This document shows, in pieces, positions 16,961 through 31,310 of a DNA stretch of 64,000 bases (positions are counted from its first letter, which is position 1; each line of letters opens with the position of its first letter). The stretch is from assembly GCF_009914755.1 (NCBI RefSeq), contig NC_060934.1, one strand, 5' to 3'. This DNA is from the human T2T-CHM13v2.0 reference genome, Homo sapiens. The position numbers and the translations under genes are program-made. The notes beneath the pieces were generated by a model. The model was given only the letters and a program-made list of their open reading frames with translations, was not told the origin of the DNA and did no database searches.

Positions 16961-17950
16961 TCCATTTACATTTCTCTGCATGGTTCTGCCTATGCATAAA
17001 CATCTGGAAGGAGGCATTAGTATCTTTCTGGACTTAAATGACCTACTCTACTGAGTAAATGCTCACTAAGTCTGATTAAATTGACCATGGTCAACACATA
17101 GCAATTAGGTGTTTCATTTTATAAGGTGAAGATGCAAATAATAACCTTTAGAAGCTTTATTCGAATTGTAATACAGCAATGAACTTCAGACTATCCTCAG
17201 CTTATTTTATGGGCAGTCCCTAAAAGTTCACAAGAGAAATAATTATTCAGAACTTCTTAATCTTTACGTCAAGAATAGACTTGCCTTACAGATAGTAGAA
17301 TGGGCAGCCTTGCCTCTTTCTTAGTCACTTTGATGAGTTCTGAAATGTCTACATGTCTCAAATTCTATCCCTTCCTATTTGGCCCTAACACCAATAGCAT
17401 GCTTAAAATTTCTACTCGTGGAGCTAATTTCTTGTGTAAAATTATAGTCATTCAAAGACTTCAGTTAAATCACTCATCTGCACTAGGGATAAATAAGACA
17501 TAAGCCTCCATTTTATAGTAACACACACACATCAAAAAATTAATTTACCCTAAAGAAGATCAGGGGAATTCTACATGCAGATTTGGAAGGGAGATGAGTT
17601 AAAGGGTTAGACACCAAAGGGTTAGGGAACCTCATAATCTTGCCCAAGGGTGGTTCTGAATTAGAAGCACATTTACCATGTGTGAATGATGTAACTAAGT
17701 AGAATGTAAATCAATGTGACTTTAATATAAATGGTGTTCTTTGCCTCCTATGTAATGCTGTCAAGAGTGCTAGACATGGCAACTCTCCAGGGCTTGCAGA
17801 ACTCTCCAGAAGACCTGCAGGGTTTCTAAGTCATCTTTGGCATGGGAGTCCATGGGGAAATAAAGCTTTTGGTGGTAAATAAGGACAGAGCCCCTGAATG
17901 TTTCAGTGTTCAGCAAGTCTTAGTGACTGATGTTCCAGCAAAAGTCCTAA

Positions 17951-17990
17951 GCAAAACAAACAAACAAACAAAACAACAACAACAACAACA
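17951..17990. repeat. (CAAA)n/(CAA)n simple repeat
   Basis: caaaacaaacaaacaaacaaaacaacaacaacaacaaca. Confidence 0.8.
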
Positions 17991-18504
17991 GAAAACATTG
18001 TGGAAGTTGTGGGAGAGAATAAAGGAAGAGATAGGAGGTCCCTGGACTTTAAGAATGACACAATCTAACAATGGAGAGGGTGTGTATGACAGAGAGAGAG
18101 AGAGAGGAAAAGAGGAAGAGAGAATAATATGAATGAATGAATGAATGAAAAATATTGGGACATTGTTTTAAGGTTACAAAATTCTTTTATGGTTTTTCAT
18201 CAAATTTTCATAAAGACTGTAAGAGAGAAATATTATTAAAGCAGGAAACCAAGCCCATAGAAGGTAAATTTCCCCAAGAGAAATTAGAAAGGAATAGCCT
18301 GAAATAAACTTTCCCCTTCTAGGTTCCCCATCTCATGTCTTCAGGTAGATTATGCTCTCTTCTGCAAAGAATACAGAATACAGGACATTCTACAATTTAG
18401 GTGCTACATTATGTCACATGAGATATAGAAAAGTACTGGAGCAGTCAAGCCTGGCTTCCTAGAAAAAGTTGGGTTTGAGGTAACCTATGCAGAAAAGGTG
18501 GGGA

Positions 18505-18720
18505 GGGGAAGTGGTTGAGAGTGGGGTTTTGAGATCTGACATCCTGAGTTTGAACTTCATTACCGCCACTTTTCAGTGGCAGTGATGTGATCTTGGCAAG
18601 TTAAGTCACTTGTAACATTTTACTACCTCGGGTGTCTCACCTGCAAAATGTGGATGATTCTTGTGAGCATAAATGGATTAAGATTTGTAAAGTGTTTTGA
18701 ACGGTCCCTGCAAATTGCAA
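18505..18720 (+). mobile_element. MIR SINE
   Basis: gtggttgagagt...cctgagtttgaac...gtgatcttggcaagtta...ctcacctgcaaaatg. Confidence 0.7.
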
Positions 18721-18929
18721 ACTCTCAGGACTGTAAAGGGTGCATCAACTCTAGGAGGGAGGTGTTTGTTTATCCAGCCACCCAGTCTTTTAGAATTGAT
18801 TGAAAATCTCCATGAAGGCGGAAAGGCACTGTCCATGATACTTCAATGAATGACTCAATCTCTCAATCTAGGCTTTGCGTGCCAATCACAGAGCAATGCG
18901 GAGCTATGTTGTTACCACCTGAACTCACT

Positions 18930-19420
18930 GAGATCAATCTTAGCATCACTAAAAGTGAGACGGACACTATGTGCTGCCTGGTGGGAGGCAATCTGAACGG
19001 TGCCACCTGTGAAACATTCTTACCAAAATTACATAACCTGAATCTAATTTACAGTCTACAGTCCATGTAGAAACCACAAGAGATGGGGGATAGGTAAATG
19101 ATGCACAAGTAAATAATTAGTCAAGTTAAGAATGGGGAACTTTCTACAAGACAACTAACCCAGTTTATACAACAAATAACAAATGTGAAAAAAGAGAAGT
19201 GAGGGTGTGCTTTAGATTAAAAGTGGCTGAAAAAGACTTAGAACAACCAAAGGTAATGATGGACTTTTTCCTTACACATCAATTAAATAAATCACTTGTA
19301 AAAGACATTTTATAGACAATCATGGACAACCATAGATATTAGATAATTTAAAAAAATACTGTTATTGCTATTAGATTTGAAAATGACCTTGTAGTTATGT
19401 AATAATACCTTTCTTTTTGA
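18930..19420 (+). mobile_element. Old L1 (L1MC/L1ME) 3' region
   Basis: atcttagcatcactaa...aacctgaatctaat...ttctacaagacaactaacc...gattaaaag pattern. Confidence 0.55.
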
Positions 19421-20385
19421 AAAAAGAAAGCTTTGAATGAAGGATTATTTTTTCTTTTTTACTTTTTACTCAAGAAACTAATTTGACAAAAGTGAAACGG
19501 AGTGATATAGGATTTCAGAGGATTTCGAAGTAGTTGGGGCTATTTTAGAATTAAGCTTTCCCTGTCCTTTCCTCAAGATCCCAGAAAATGCCCACTGAGT
19601 ATCCTGGGCCTTTATAGGAGCCAGCATCTAATCTGTGACCTCATTTTATTTCAGAATCTTAAATGCTTCACCTGTACAGACGAGCTTATCTCAATGTAGG
19701 AGCCAGAAGAAAGATAAAGAAAAGTGAGAGAAAGACTAGTAGGTAACAGGAGGAATGAGAAGAATGAGTGGAGAAGTGGGGAGACAAAAAATAAATCAAG
19801 ATAAATAGCATAAATGAATGTGGACAAAGATTGAAGGAAAGAGAAATATAAGAAGACAAGAGGAGGAGAAATTGAGGTTAAAATAAAGGTGAGGGCACAG
19901 AATCTGAGAGCTTCAGAATACTTCAGATTACAACGTTCTAACATTTACTCTTTGCTGGGGAAAGTAAGCAGAGTTTATCAAGAAGGGGCATATAACATAC
20001 AGAGGACCATAAAAGCAAATTATGGACAAGTGGCATGCACCACTATAGCTATTGTATTTATTTAACACTCGTAACAATACTATGAATATACTATCAAGTG
20101 TATATTATTATTTTCTGTTATTTAATTTTTAGTTAATTAAAACAGTTTATGTTGATGTAAAAGTAACACATGTACAAGGTAGAAAATGCAAACACAACTA
20201 AAAGGTTTTCTTTGAAAAGCATGCTGCTCTCCTATCCCATCCCCATTCTCTAGTCTCCCAGTTTCACCATCCAGAGGTCACTGCTATTGCCAATTTCTTG
20301 CCATCAATATGCATGATTTTTTTTTTACAGAAAAGGTAGTATGGCATACAAATTGTTCCAAATTTTGCCTTAAAACACCACCACC

Positions 20386-20728
<343 letters not shown>

Positions 20729-20984
20729 CTATAATAAATTAAAAATTTAAACACATCCGTAACATTTGACCCCTCAATTCCTCCTCTAGGTTTCTATTCC
20801 TAAGTAATATTCTCAGAAAATAAATACAAATACACATAAAAATTACTGAATTTTTTTATAGTCAATCACTGAAAATAATCTAAATGTCTTTCAATAGGAC
20901 ACTGGATCAATCAACTATGTTACATCCATCCAATGGAATGCTTCATAACTGTTAGAAAGAATAAAACAGATCGGAAATGTTTTA

Positions 20985-21120
20985 TTCCTGCAATCAGAAA
21001 ACTAAAGCATAGGGTGTTTAAATAACTTGCCTAAGGTCGTACAACTAGTTAGTGGAGGTTTAGGATTCAAACCCAGGTAGTCTGCCTCCAGAAGCTGCAC
21101 TCTGATCTATTGCACCACCA
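20985..21120 (-). mobile_element. MIR SINE
   Basis: aaactaaagcat...taacttgcctaaggtcgtacaactagttagtgg...ggattcaaacccagg. Confidence 0.75.
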
Positions 21121-21577
21121 CTGCCATAGGGTCTCTAGGACAAAGTACTAGCCTATAATTAGACTATGTAATATACTGTGATTTAAATGTTGCATGTTTA
21201 CATTTGCATTTATAACTAGACTTCTCACTATCCTTGCTTTCATGAGCAATCAAATTGTATGCTATTTCAACCTACCTAGGACAAGGCAGAATGTGGGTAT
21301 ATAATGTGATCATAATGGATAACCCAAGTCCCGTTCCTTCAGCAGTCCAAGAGGAGACACAACTACCACATGCATAGAACTGTGGAATGCCACTGCTAAA
21401 ATGGATTCGGATAATACTTAGTCTAACATACTATTTTGTCAAATGAGGAAACTAAGTATGAGGTACTAAAGTGATTTACTCAAGTCTGCATGGCAAGTAA
21501 TCATACAAATTGGATGATAGTCCATATTTTCTGACTTTGAATGCAAAGACTTTTCCCCACAGAGCAGAGTTGGGTAT

Positions 21578-21938
21578 TGTGTTAGTCTCTTTTCACACTG
21601 ATATAAAGAACAATCTGAGACTGGATAATTTACAAAGGAAAGAGGTTTAACTTACTCACAGTTCCACATGGCTGGGGAGGTCTCAGGAAACTTACAGTCA
21701 TGGCAGAAGGTGAAGTAGAAGCAAGGCACGTCTTACATGGAGGCTGGAGAAAGAAAGTATAGGGCAAATCACCTCTTTTAAACCATCAGATCTCATGAGG
21801 ACTCACTCACTATCATAGAACAGCATGGAGGAAACTGTTCCCATGATTCAATAGCTTCTCCCCAGGTCCCTCCCTCAACACATGGGGATTATAATTTGAG
21901 ATGAATTTTGGGTGGGGAAACAACTCCAAACCATCTCA
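21578..21938 (-). mobile_element. THE1D/MSTA-type MaLR solo LTR
   Basis: TG...CA ends; 5-bp TSD ggtat (21573-21577 / 21939-21943); aaagaggtttaa...cacagttccacatggctggggagg. Confidence 0.88.
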
Positions 21939-21977
21939 GGTATCTTAGCTATATCCTAAGCATTACTCTTAACAAGG

Positions 21978-22545
21978 ACCATACAATCCAGTCATTCCAC
22001 TTCTGGGTATGTACCCAGAAGAATTGAAAGAAGGGCCTTGAGGAAATATTTGTACACCCATGTTCATAGCAGCATTATTCACAATAGCCAAAAGGTAGAA
22101 TCAACCCGTGTATCCATCAATGGATAAATGAATAAACAAAATGTTTTATGTCCATACAATGAAATATCACCAAGCCTTAAAAAGTAGAGAAACTCTGACA
22201 CAGGTTACAACCTGAATGAACCTTGAGGACAGTAAGCTAAGTAAAAGAAGCCCATCATAAAAGGGAAAATATTGTGATTCCACTTTCATGAGGTACCTAG
22301 AATAGTCAAATTTATAGACAGAAAGTGGAATAGTGATTGCCAGGGATGTTGGCAAATGGTACATGGGGAGTGCTTTAATGGGTATAGCATTTCGGTTTTA
22401 AAGATGGAAAGAGTTCTGTGGATGGATGGTTGTGATGGTAACACAGCATTGTGAATATACTTAATGCCAATGAACAGTACATTTAAAAATGGCTAACGTG
22501 GCAGATTTTATGTTATGTATATTTTGCCACAATCAAAAAATAGAT
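21978..22545 (+). mobile_element. L1MB-type 3' end
   Basis: ttccacttctgggtat...catgttcatagcagcattattcacaatagcc...ttttatgttatgtatattttgccacaatcaaaaaa. Confidence 0.85.
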
Positions 22546-24184
22546 AAATAAATACAGCCAAGGAACAACAATAAAAAAGAAGTAAAGGCACTTTGGTACA
22601 TTTCAGAAGTCAAGGCAGATTCAACCACAAGAATTTCAGCTTTGTCCTCATATCTTACCTTGATCGCATTCGGTTGTATTACAGAAACAAATATTCTGTG
22701 TTGACAGAACTATAAAACATAATTCAATATCTGTGCACTGCATCCACCATTGGTCATTTCTATTATGAAAGGTACAATATCACTTTTAAAAATGTCTACA
22801 GGCCTTTGCAAGCATTGTTTCTTCTAGCCGGAAATCACCTCCTCCTCTTCTGAAGTGTGCCCCTGGGCATATGAAGGGCACACACAAGCATACACACAAT
22901 ACCATATTGCCTCCTTTCAAAGCTCCTATTTATCCCTCAAAAGCCTGCTCAGAATCTTCCAAATATTTTCGGAGAAGCCAGAAACCTTTGTGGTTACTCA
23001 CCTCAGATAAAGACAATCTCAACTTTCCCTGTGTCTATTAATATTGCTCTTGTCTCAGTATATTTTCATTTATTTATTGGGATGCTTGCTTCAATAATTA
23101 CACTGTGAACTTTTTCAGACTAGGTGCCCTCTTTCATCTATGTATTTCTAACATTTAGAACATTATACCTTATAGAAAATTCCTTAGCAAATTAATTAAG
23201 TGAATAATTGGAAGAAAAATTTCTGAGGCTGTGTATTGCATGTCTCTTTCGTGTCTGGCTCTCACACCCCTTAAAAGGCTTTTGCCCCCTGAATCAACCC
23301 ATCAGTGTCAGTTAAAATTGTCTGTGACATCTAATAAACCAAATGTCTTGTTCTGTGTTCACACAGTGCTGCTTTCAAATATGTAAAAATGTCACGAAAG
23401 ACAGCCCGCCCTTCTGGAAGAGGATGATTAAATGCATAATTAAAAATTGATGCAATTTTCTCCGATGCAACGTTATTTTGCTGTTTATCTTCCTGTAACA
23501 TATAAATGGAGATGAACACAGAAAATGAATTGGGTTCCCAGTTCTTGGCACCCTCTTCCCTCTTCTCTGCTCTGGAGGGAGCAGAAACCTTGGTATCATT
23601 CTCCCCATGTTTGGAAAGAACCATGCAGTTACTGACTTGCAGAATCTCTCCTCAAATAAAACCATTATTCTGTACACATTTCATGGGGTATGAGGTTTCT
23701 AGACATGTATTGTGCTATTTGCAAGCCATACAGAGATGGACAAGCTTCATGATAGATAAAGCAGAAAGAACACAGGTTTTTTATTCCGATGCCTCTAATT
23801 TTTTGCCACATGTGTGTTTTTATACCTCGAAATTTGTAAATCAAATGTAGAGAAAACTAATCTTATAAAATAGAGTAAAGGAAGAATTGTTTAGACATAA
23901 ATTTTTTTTTGTTTTGCTAAGTGACACTCCTTCTACAAGCACCCATGATTTCTTCTTCAATTTCAGGCTTTTACCTGTCAGTTTCTTTTAAAGGAGCTAA
24001 TATATAATTTTTGCTCTTGGAAAACTATAAGCTGGGTAATAGGGAGGCATAGGTATAGAAAACAAGAATTATGACAAAATAAATTATTATATAAGGAAAA
24101 ATAATATTGGTATTAATTAGTAAAGATTTGATCCTCATCCATAGTCTTCTGCCAGTGAGTGGTTTATTCATTGTCATGATGGGG

Positions 24185-24307
24185 CTTCTTTCTTTTCCTC
24201 CCTTCCTCCCTTCCTCCTTCCCTCCCTTCCTCCCCTCCCTCCCCTCTCCCTCCCTCCCCTTCTCCTCCCTCCCTCCTTCCCTCCCTTCCTTCCTTCCTTC
24301 CTTCCTT
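24185..24307. repeat. Pure polypyrimidine (CCTT/CCCT)n tract
   Basis: 123 bp containing only C and T on the + strand. Confidence 0.95.
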
Positions 24308-27300
24308 GTTAAGATACAAGCTATCGACTAATTAATCTTGTGCTGCTTTTAAAAGAAATTAAATTAAGTACATAAAATGATAGAAAATAAAGTAGAAGTT
24401 ACATCTTAACATTAACTTCTAACTCCAAAACTTGTGACATTTTGTATGGCCACAGGAAATGCATATAATGCCTTCAAGCCTTACTTTCCTCCTCTGTCAA
24501 CTATATTAATAATACCTGCCTTGCACACATTTTGAGTTTTGGTGAGAATTTTAGTCTGTGAGAGACAGATCCAAGGAAGCTATGATAGAATGGCTGTGAT
24601 TAGAGAAAGGGATTCCTCTTGTGTAGGCTGGGGCCTCGAGACATGCTTCATGGGGAGGCCAGCAGGGGAATTAGGCTTTCTTGGTGGGTTAAGTTTAACA
24701 GAAGGTGAGGAGGAGATGGAGCATATTTCACAGGCCAGGAGAGTAACATAGAATACAACTGAAAATAGACAACCTGTGAGTATGTTTCGGAAAGAGTGAG
24801 TTTTTAAAAATTAAGAAAGCAATACTATATCTATTTGCATTTAAGTTTTTCTTCTCGTGCAGTAAAAAGAATAAGAAATAACTCAGCATAGCTGAAATGA
24901 AAGACTATTGGGCAGCCCTGTTATTGGTTCAACATATAAGGGCTGGGAGGGAGGAGGCTGGCGGGTGGAATAAATGCAATTAAACTGTCAGGAAAGCTCC
25001 GCTTACATTTGGCCTTTCAATACGTCCTTCCCTGTGCTGCCTCTCTCCGCAGCATTGATTGGGTATTGTTAACCTTTATCTATCTCTTGTTTACGTTTCT
25101 CTATTAGGGGCAAACATCAATACTAGGCTTTTAGAAAGGACAGAGGCAACCAACAAAGAGACATTGGGAAAAGGTCAAAAATTTCTGAGTTGAGGTGTGT
25201 TGCTGTCGGCTAGGCCTGGGGAAACACTCTGGCTGAGACAGCAAGGTCAACCCTCAGAGGCTGGCATCCCTGGCTCCTGACTTTGGGGAAGAAGAAATAT
25301 AGGCAGTAATGAGCAGCACCTCTTCTGTCAGGGAAGCCAGAAGCAACACCCAGCCTAAAGGAGAGGGAAGCGAAGAGGCTTCCTTGGGGTGTATGTGTGG
25401 GTGTGAAGGCAGGGAGAGGCACAAAACAGATCACCAGATGGGCAATCTGCACGGGAGGAGGAAGGGAACGGTGACTCCACTGTCTGCCATGTTACCTGGG
25501 ATGTTCTTTCTCCTCACCCCTGCTCTGCTCTGCAAGGCCAGAGTACAACTTTTCATTTCAGATGGAAGGAAACTGAAGCCATGAGAGGTTAAGCCACTTG
25601 CACAAGGCCCCACAGTGGCAAAGCTACTTTTGGGTTCCTTAGTTTTGCGAGTCCATATCTGCATCTGAGAAACATAAGAAATGCCTTTCCTTTGCAAAAT
25701 CTGATATGTGCCATGAATCCCCAGATGTCATAAGAATTTGGCAGAATTTGTAGTAAGAAATTTTTTTTCTATTGTATATTACAAAAATAAAATGTGTATT
25801 TTAAGTACTAAATTATAACATTGTAATAATTATTATATTGAATGTGCTGCCTCCCTTCCCTCCTCCCATCACTCCTGTATTCGGGTTCACTATTCTGTAG
25901 TCCTATTATACAAAACAGTTGTGCCCTGGCCATATCTTAGCTGCGAGGTGCAGTTAACCTCCCCAGGTTTCAGTTTCTGATTACTAATACTAATACTGCC
26001 CTAATACTAGTATTTAGAAGGTCATTCTCTTAGATTTTAGTGAATCATGGACTCATTCCCATTTCTATCTCACTTTAGACCCCACAGCCTTAATTATTTT
26101 GCTAAAGCACCTGCACGTTTGGGCTATAATATTTGTGCTGCCTTCTTGAAAGGATGCTTTCCAGCATAAGATGCAAAAATAAATAAGCATTGGGAGATCA
26201 GGTTTGTAATGGTGGCCAAATTTTTCTTCTCCACTGAGACCAGAAAAGAAGAAACAGGTCTCACAACAACTAAAGGGCTATGGACAGACCCATGTATGAC
26301 TCAGCTGCCTGAGCATTGCCTGGCACAAAGTAGTAACAAAACTTGTGACAGTTCTTTAAAGGAGATGGAAAGCATCTTAGAGACCATGTAGCACCTTGTA
26401 CCCACCCCATGACCCCCATGTTGAAGGTGGAGAGCCTGAAGCCCAGAGCCATGACCTGGAATGCCAAGGTCAGCTAGCTGAATACTGACAGAGGAGGGAA
26501 GGTTCTGATGCGTCTGTTCATGACTCCTGCTAATGCGCTACTTCTTTCAAACAGAGGATATGATATGTTTTGTGTGGCATTGTACTTTAAAACTAAAACA
26601 TAACCTACCAAACAAAGGAAATACAAAAGACACAGAAAGCCCACCCGATTGTGAGCTGGGATAATGGTTCTTGTCCTGGGTTCATCAGCCGGTTTGGTAT
26701 AAGAAAGCCACTCTGATCCTCATTTTCCTTATTTATGTAATGGAAGTATGACTTTCCCCTCGCTGACACATTATTTTGTTTTTAAATAATCGAATGTAAT
26801 GAAAACATGTTTTAAAAAGAAAATGCTATATGCAAATTTTAAAGGCATTAACACAGCACTGCTCTGTCCCTGATAGAGGGATGACCTTGGACAAATCACT
26901 TTACTGGCTGCCACACTAGAAGATTTTAAACTTCTCTTCTTCTCATTCAACATGGTTGGAAGAATGTGCCTTTGTTACCTCACCTTATGAGATGGTGCCT
27001 TTGCATGCTAAGCCTCTCCACAGCACTGGTCACACATGGCTACATCAGATGAGTCTCTCCAGGGTCTATTCTGCTAGGGCTAAGGCAGCCTCTTTACATA
27101 CACATGGGTGTGGGAGAATACCACATTCAGCCTCTTCCAGGAAAGTCTGGATTTAATCAAGTCCATGCCTGTGTCCCATAAGTCTTTTACTGTCAGAGCA
27201 CGAGGCCTGATCTTGGGTCAGGTCACGTTTACGGGTGTAGTGATAGTAGTGCTTGTGTGCTGGCCCTAGTCAAAGGAGGACCAGGTGTTTGGCTGCAGGA

Positions 27301-27944
27301 ATAAACCAGGAATAGCCTTCCCTCCAGCCCTCACCTTATATAAGCAAAAATCCAAGTACGCCTCATAATTGTGTATTTCAAGTTGACGGGGGTGTGGTAC
27401 AGCTTGATGACAGGTTTCTTCTTGATCAGAGGAGGAATAAAGGAGACTTCTTATGGGTATTCTTATTCACAATTAACTTTATACTTAAATGTCTTAAGGA
27501 TAGATGGGTGAGGGGTGGTTGTGACTGCTGGATACCATAGAAAGTTCCAGCTTCTAAATGCTCCCTGAGCCCTGAAAAGCCATTTTTATATACCCATCCT
27601 CAGTTAAGGCACTGTCATTGATGAAAACACAAATATCTCTAAATGTGTTCGTCATTAGCTATTTTGTGCTAATGTGGCAATGAGATTGCCTTTTTCCCCC
27701 TACCTAGACAGCTAGCTGTCATTAGCTTCATGTTAAGAATAAGAAACATAGTAGATCTGATGACTATGAGAAAGAGCAACAGAGACGAACAGAAATGGAG
27801 CGCTGACTGAGAACTCTGGCACAGGCATATCAATGGAGTGTCCTGGGCAACATTAGAAGAAAAGATGTTAACATTTTTATTCAAATTATATTAAGGGCCA
27901 AAAACCCAACTGGTTCTTCTTCCATCTATCTGTCCATCAATGCA

Positions 27945-28040
27945 CTCATCCATCTAAACTATGCATCCATCCATCCACCCGTCCATCCACCCACCCATCC
28001 ATCCATCCATCCATCCATCCATCCACCCACCCACCCATTC
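27945..28040. repeat. (CCAT)n/(CCAC)n tetranucleotide repeat, probably an L2 tail
   Basis: catccatccatccacc repeats followed by L2-like antisense sequence to about 28260. Confidence 0.8.
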
Positions 28041-28288
28041 CATAGTTCTGAGTACTTATTAATTCCTATGCTGGTCTCTGAGAGTCTAATCTAGAAAGAG
28101 ACAATTTCCCTTCCCTCAAGGAACTTAGACTCCTGGTTGAGATCGTAAGTATGCAGATAACAATATAAAACCTGGAAATAGCCACCAATGGGGTACATGG
28201 TACATGAGGGTACATGAGGAGTATGTCTTGCCTTGTAGCTGTGGGGAAGTCAGGGAAAGTCAAAGTCAAAATGCGTTATTTTGCTTAA

Positions 28289-28747
<459 letters not shown>

Positions 28748-31224
28748 TGAAATATCTAAAGTCACAAAGCCAAAAAGGCAGAAAGTCTAGATTTGAATTC
28801 ATGGTGTACCAGAATCTAAATGTATACTTGATCCTCTCATCCTCTACTGTGAGGAGAAGCGTGAAAGGGAACAGGTATGTGTGTAACTCATGGTAGGGAG
28901 GGTGAGGGTGGAGGCTGAACCAGAATAGGGAGTATCCACCATTACTCTTCAGCCTTAATGACAGTTGTAATGGAAAATATGTACATGGAGGACTAACCAT
29001 CAGGCAGCTTTTGTGTAGTGTCTTTTAAACATAGAGCACAGCAAGCCCACATTTTCAAAAATGTCACAGATTCCCCAACCACCCTCATTCTGGCAAGAGG
29101 TTTGCTATTTTCCTTCATTTACAAAGTTGATTGGCTGGGGCTGGTTCCCTGCTCCTGCATCTTCTCAGTTGAAGAGGCCATGGCAACTGTCCTTTAAAAA
29201 TCCTTGAGACAAGGATTAGAAAGAGTTGCAATTTCTATCCTTTACGCAGAAGACACTGACTCAATAAAGAGTTAAATAATGTTCACCTGTTCCATGTACT
29301 ACCCTGGACTAGGTACAGAAGGCTCTATATTAATAAGGTTTTGCTGAGTTTAAGAGATTTTCCCAGACATTTTAGGAATTGAATTTCTCTCTTGGCTATC
29401 AGCAATCAAGTAGGAGGACAAAGAACACAGAATTGCTCTAAGAGGATTTGTGAGTCTTGAGAGAAGAAAGCCTGACCTCACTCCTCTCAGGGCTCCGAGG
29501 AAGTCCCATCTTTGTAAATATCCCCGCCCTGATTGGTGTGAAGGAAGTGGGGTCATTAAGTCAGTTCCTGCAGATAGTAGCTGTTGATTGCCATACTGGC
29601 ATTTAGGTGGCTTACTGGCTGGTTTCAACTGTGTACTTGCTCCCCAAACCCTGCAGTTGGCCAAGGGTGCAGTTTTATAAATAGCAAATAAATAAACACA
29701 AGAATTTAATCCAGGAGAATGAACAAGCAGAGTTCAAGCTTCAGTGCAGGTTGCAGGAAGTGATAGAGGCGGCTGCAGATTTTCAGTGCTCTGACCCACC
29801 CTTATCATTACAGGCATACATAATGCTCAAGGCAGGGAAATGGGAGAAGCTCCATTCCATCCCTCCCTCATGCCCCCTTCTAACTTCTCCGTGATTTTAT
29901 CTTGCTCAGCATTACGAATACTGCAAACAGCAAAGAAACAAGAATATGAGGTTTGTTTTGGCGCTCCTTGAGCCTGACAAAATCCCTTTATCTTGAGTGC
30001 ATCTCATAATTGTTTTAAATCATGGGAGATAGATCTGAGGACAGGGGAATCAATTAAAGGTCAGGGTTGAGGTGTCTTCGTGAAATTATGGGAGACAAGC
30101 TCCTGCTACCCCTGCTTGCCTAACATGGTTAGGTAGAATGTTATCCTCAGCCCATACTGTCATCAAAAGTAACGTGATGGACAACATCAAATACAATACA
30201 GAAGCCTATTATAAGGGGTTAGTGTACAAATTCATGAGGCAAAGGGCAGAAAAGATATCATTCTGACTTTTATAGCATCCATCTCTCTGAATTCACAAAG
30301 TCAGCGTCTAATTAACAGAGGCAAGCTAGCTCATGAGAGGGAAAAATGCAATCACTAAGTCACAGTCATTTTGTGAAGCCATTTAGAGGTAGAGTTGTGC
30401 CTGTTTGAGAGGAAAGAAAGATACAAAGTTCGACAATTTGGTAAAAGAGAAAGGAACTGGCTGTTGAAAAGATAAACAATGAATGAAGGCTTCCTGCCTC
30501 CTGTTTCTCCTGATGGAACAAAAACATTGTGCCATAGGGTTAATACTGGATTCCTCCATGAATGCAGAATTAGAAAACAAAAAGCTTCTGGGGCTAAGTT
30601 GATGTTTGCAAAAATCATGAATATAAACACAATCAGATTCATAATGCATTGACTATATATAGTGCTTTTATTTTGAGAAGCTACATAAAGTCACCCAGGG
30701 TCTCTCCTTAATCCTTACTTTTCTCTCTCTCTCTCTCTTTTTTTTTTTTAATAAGGTGAATAGCAGAAATGGGGCAAAGAATTGAAGATCAAGCCTGTGG
30801 AAGTGTCTAGGGAATCAACACTGTCCCCACTTTCATAACAAAAATAACTTGATAGAATTTCAGCAAAGTGACCATTCTGAGTCTTGCAACTTTACCTATA
30901 ACAGAGGAGACTCCTGTATTCATGCCTCAAAAAAAAAAATCATTTGTAGACTTCTTTCTGTCCCGTCATATTTTCTTTGAATTATAACAAAACAAATGGA
31001 ATGAAAATATTGTTTTATAGACAATAAAATTCCAGCACTTTTTTAATGGATTATTACATATGTGAAGCATTTCTACAATAACCAATTGAAAATATTCCTC
31101 AAGTGCCCTTTGCCTAATAGGGAAATAACAAATATACATTCACCTTTTAAAGCTTTGGGGCTTTCCTTCCACCACTCCCTAAAATAAATTTTGTAACAAC
31201 AATTTAAATAATTTGAACTGGTAT

Positions 31225-31310
31225 ATCCTAAGAGTTAAGATAAAAGGAAATAGGATTATTTAGCCTGAGGAAAGGAAAGGCCAGGGGAAGCTTTATACTG
31301 TAAATAATAT
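31225..31310 (+). mobile_element. L3/CR1 LINE relic
   Basis: ggaaataggattatttagcctgaggaaaggaaagg resembles the conserved CR1 ORF2 3' motif (ELGLFSLEKRRL). Confidence 0.45.

Noticed and set aside
21840-21856. DUX4 site in the THE1D/MSTA LTR
   Set aside because: It reads tgattcaatag rather than TGATTCAATTA, so the motif is degraded
27726-27806. Protein-like frame LHVKNKKHSRSDDYEKEQQRRTEMER* after an AG
   Set aside because: Weak acceptor, very short and not recognised as a known protein; explained by purine-rich composition
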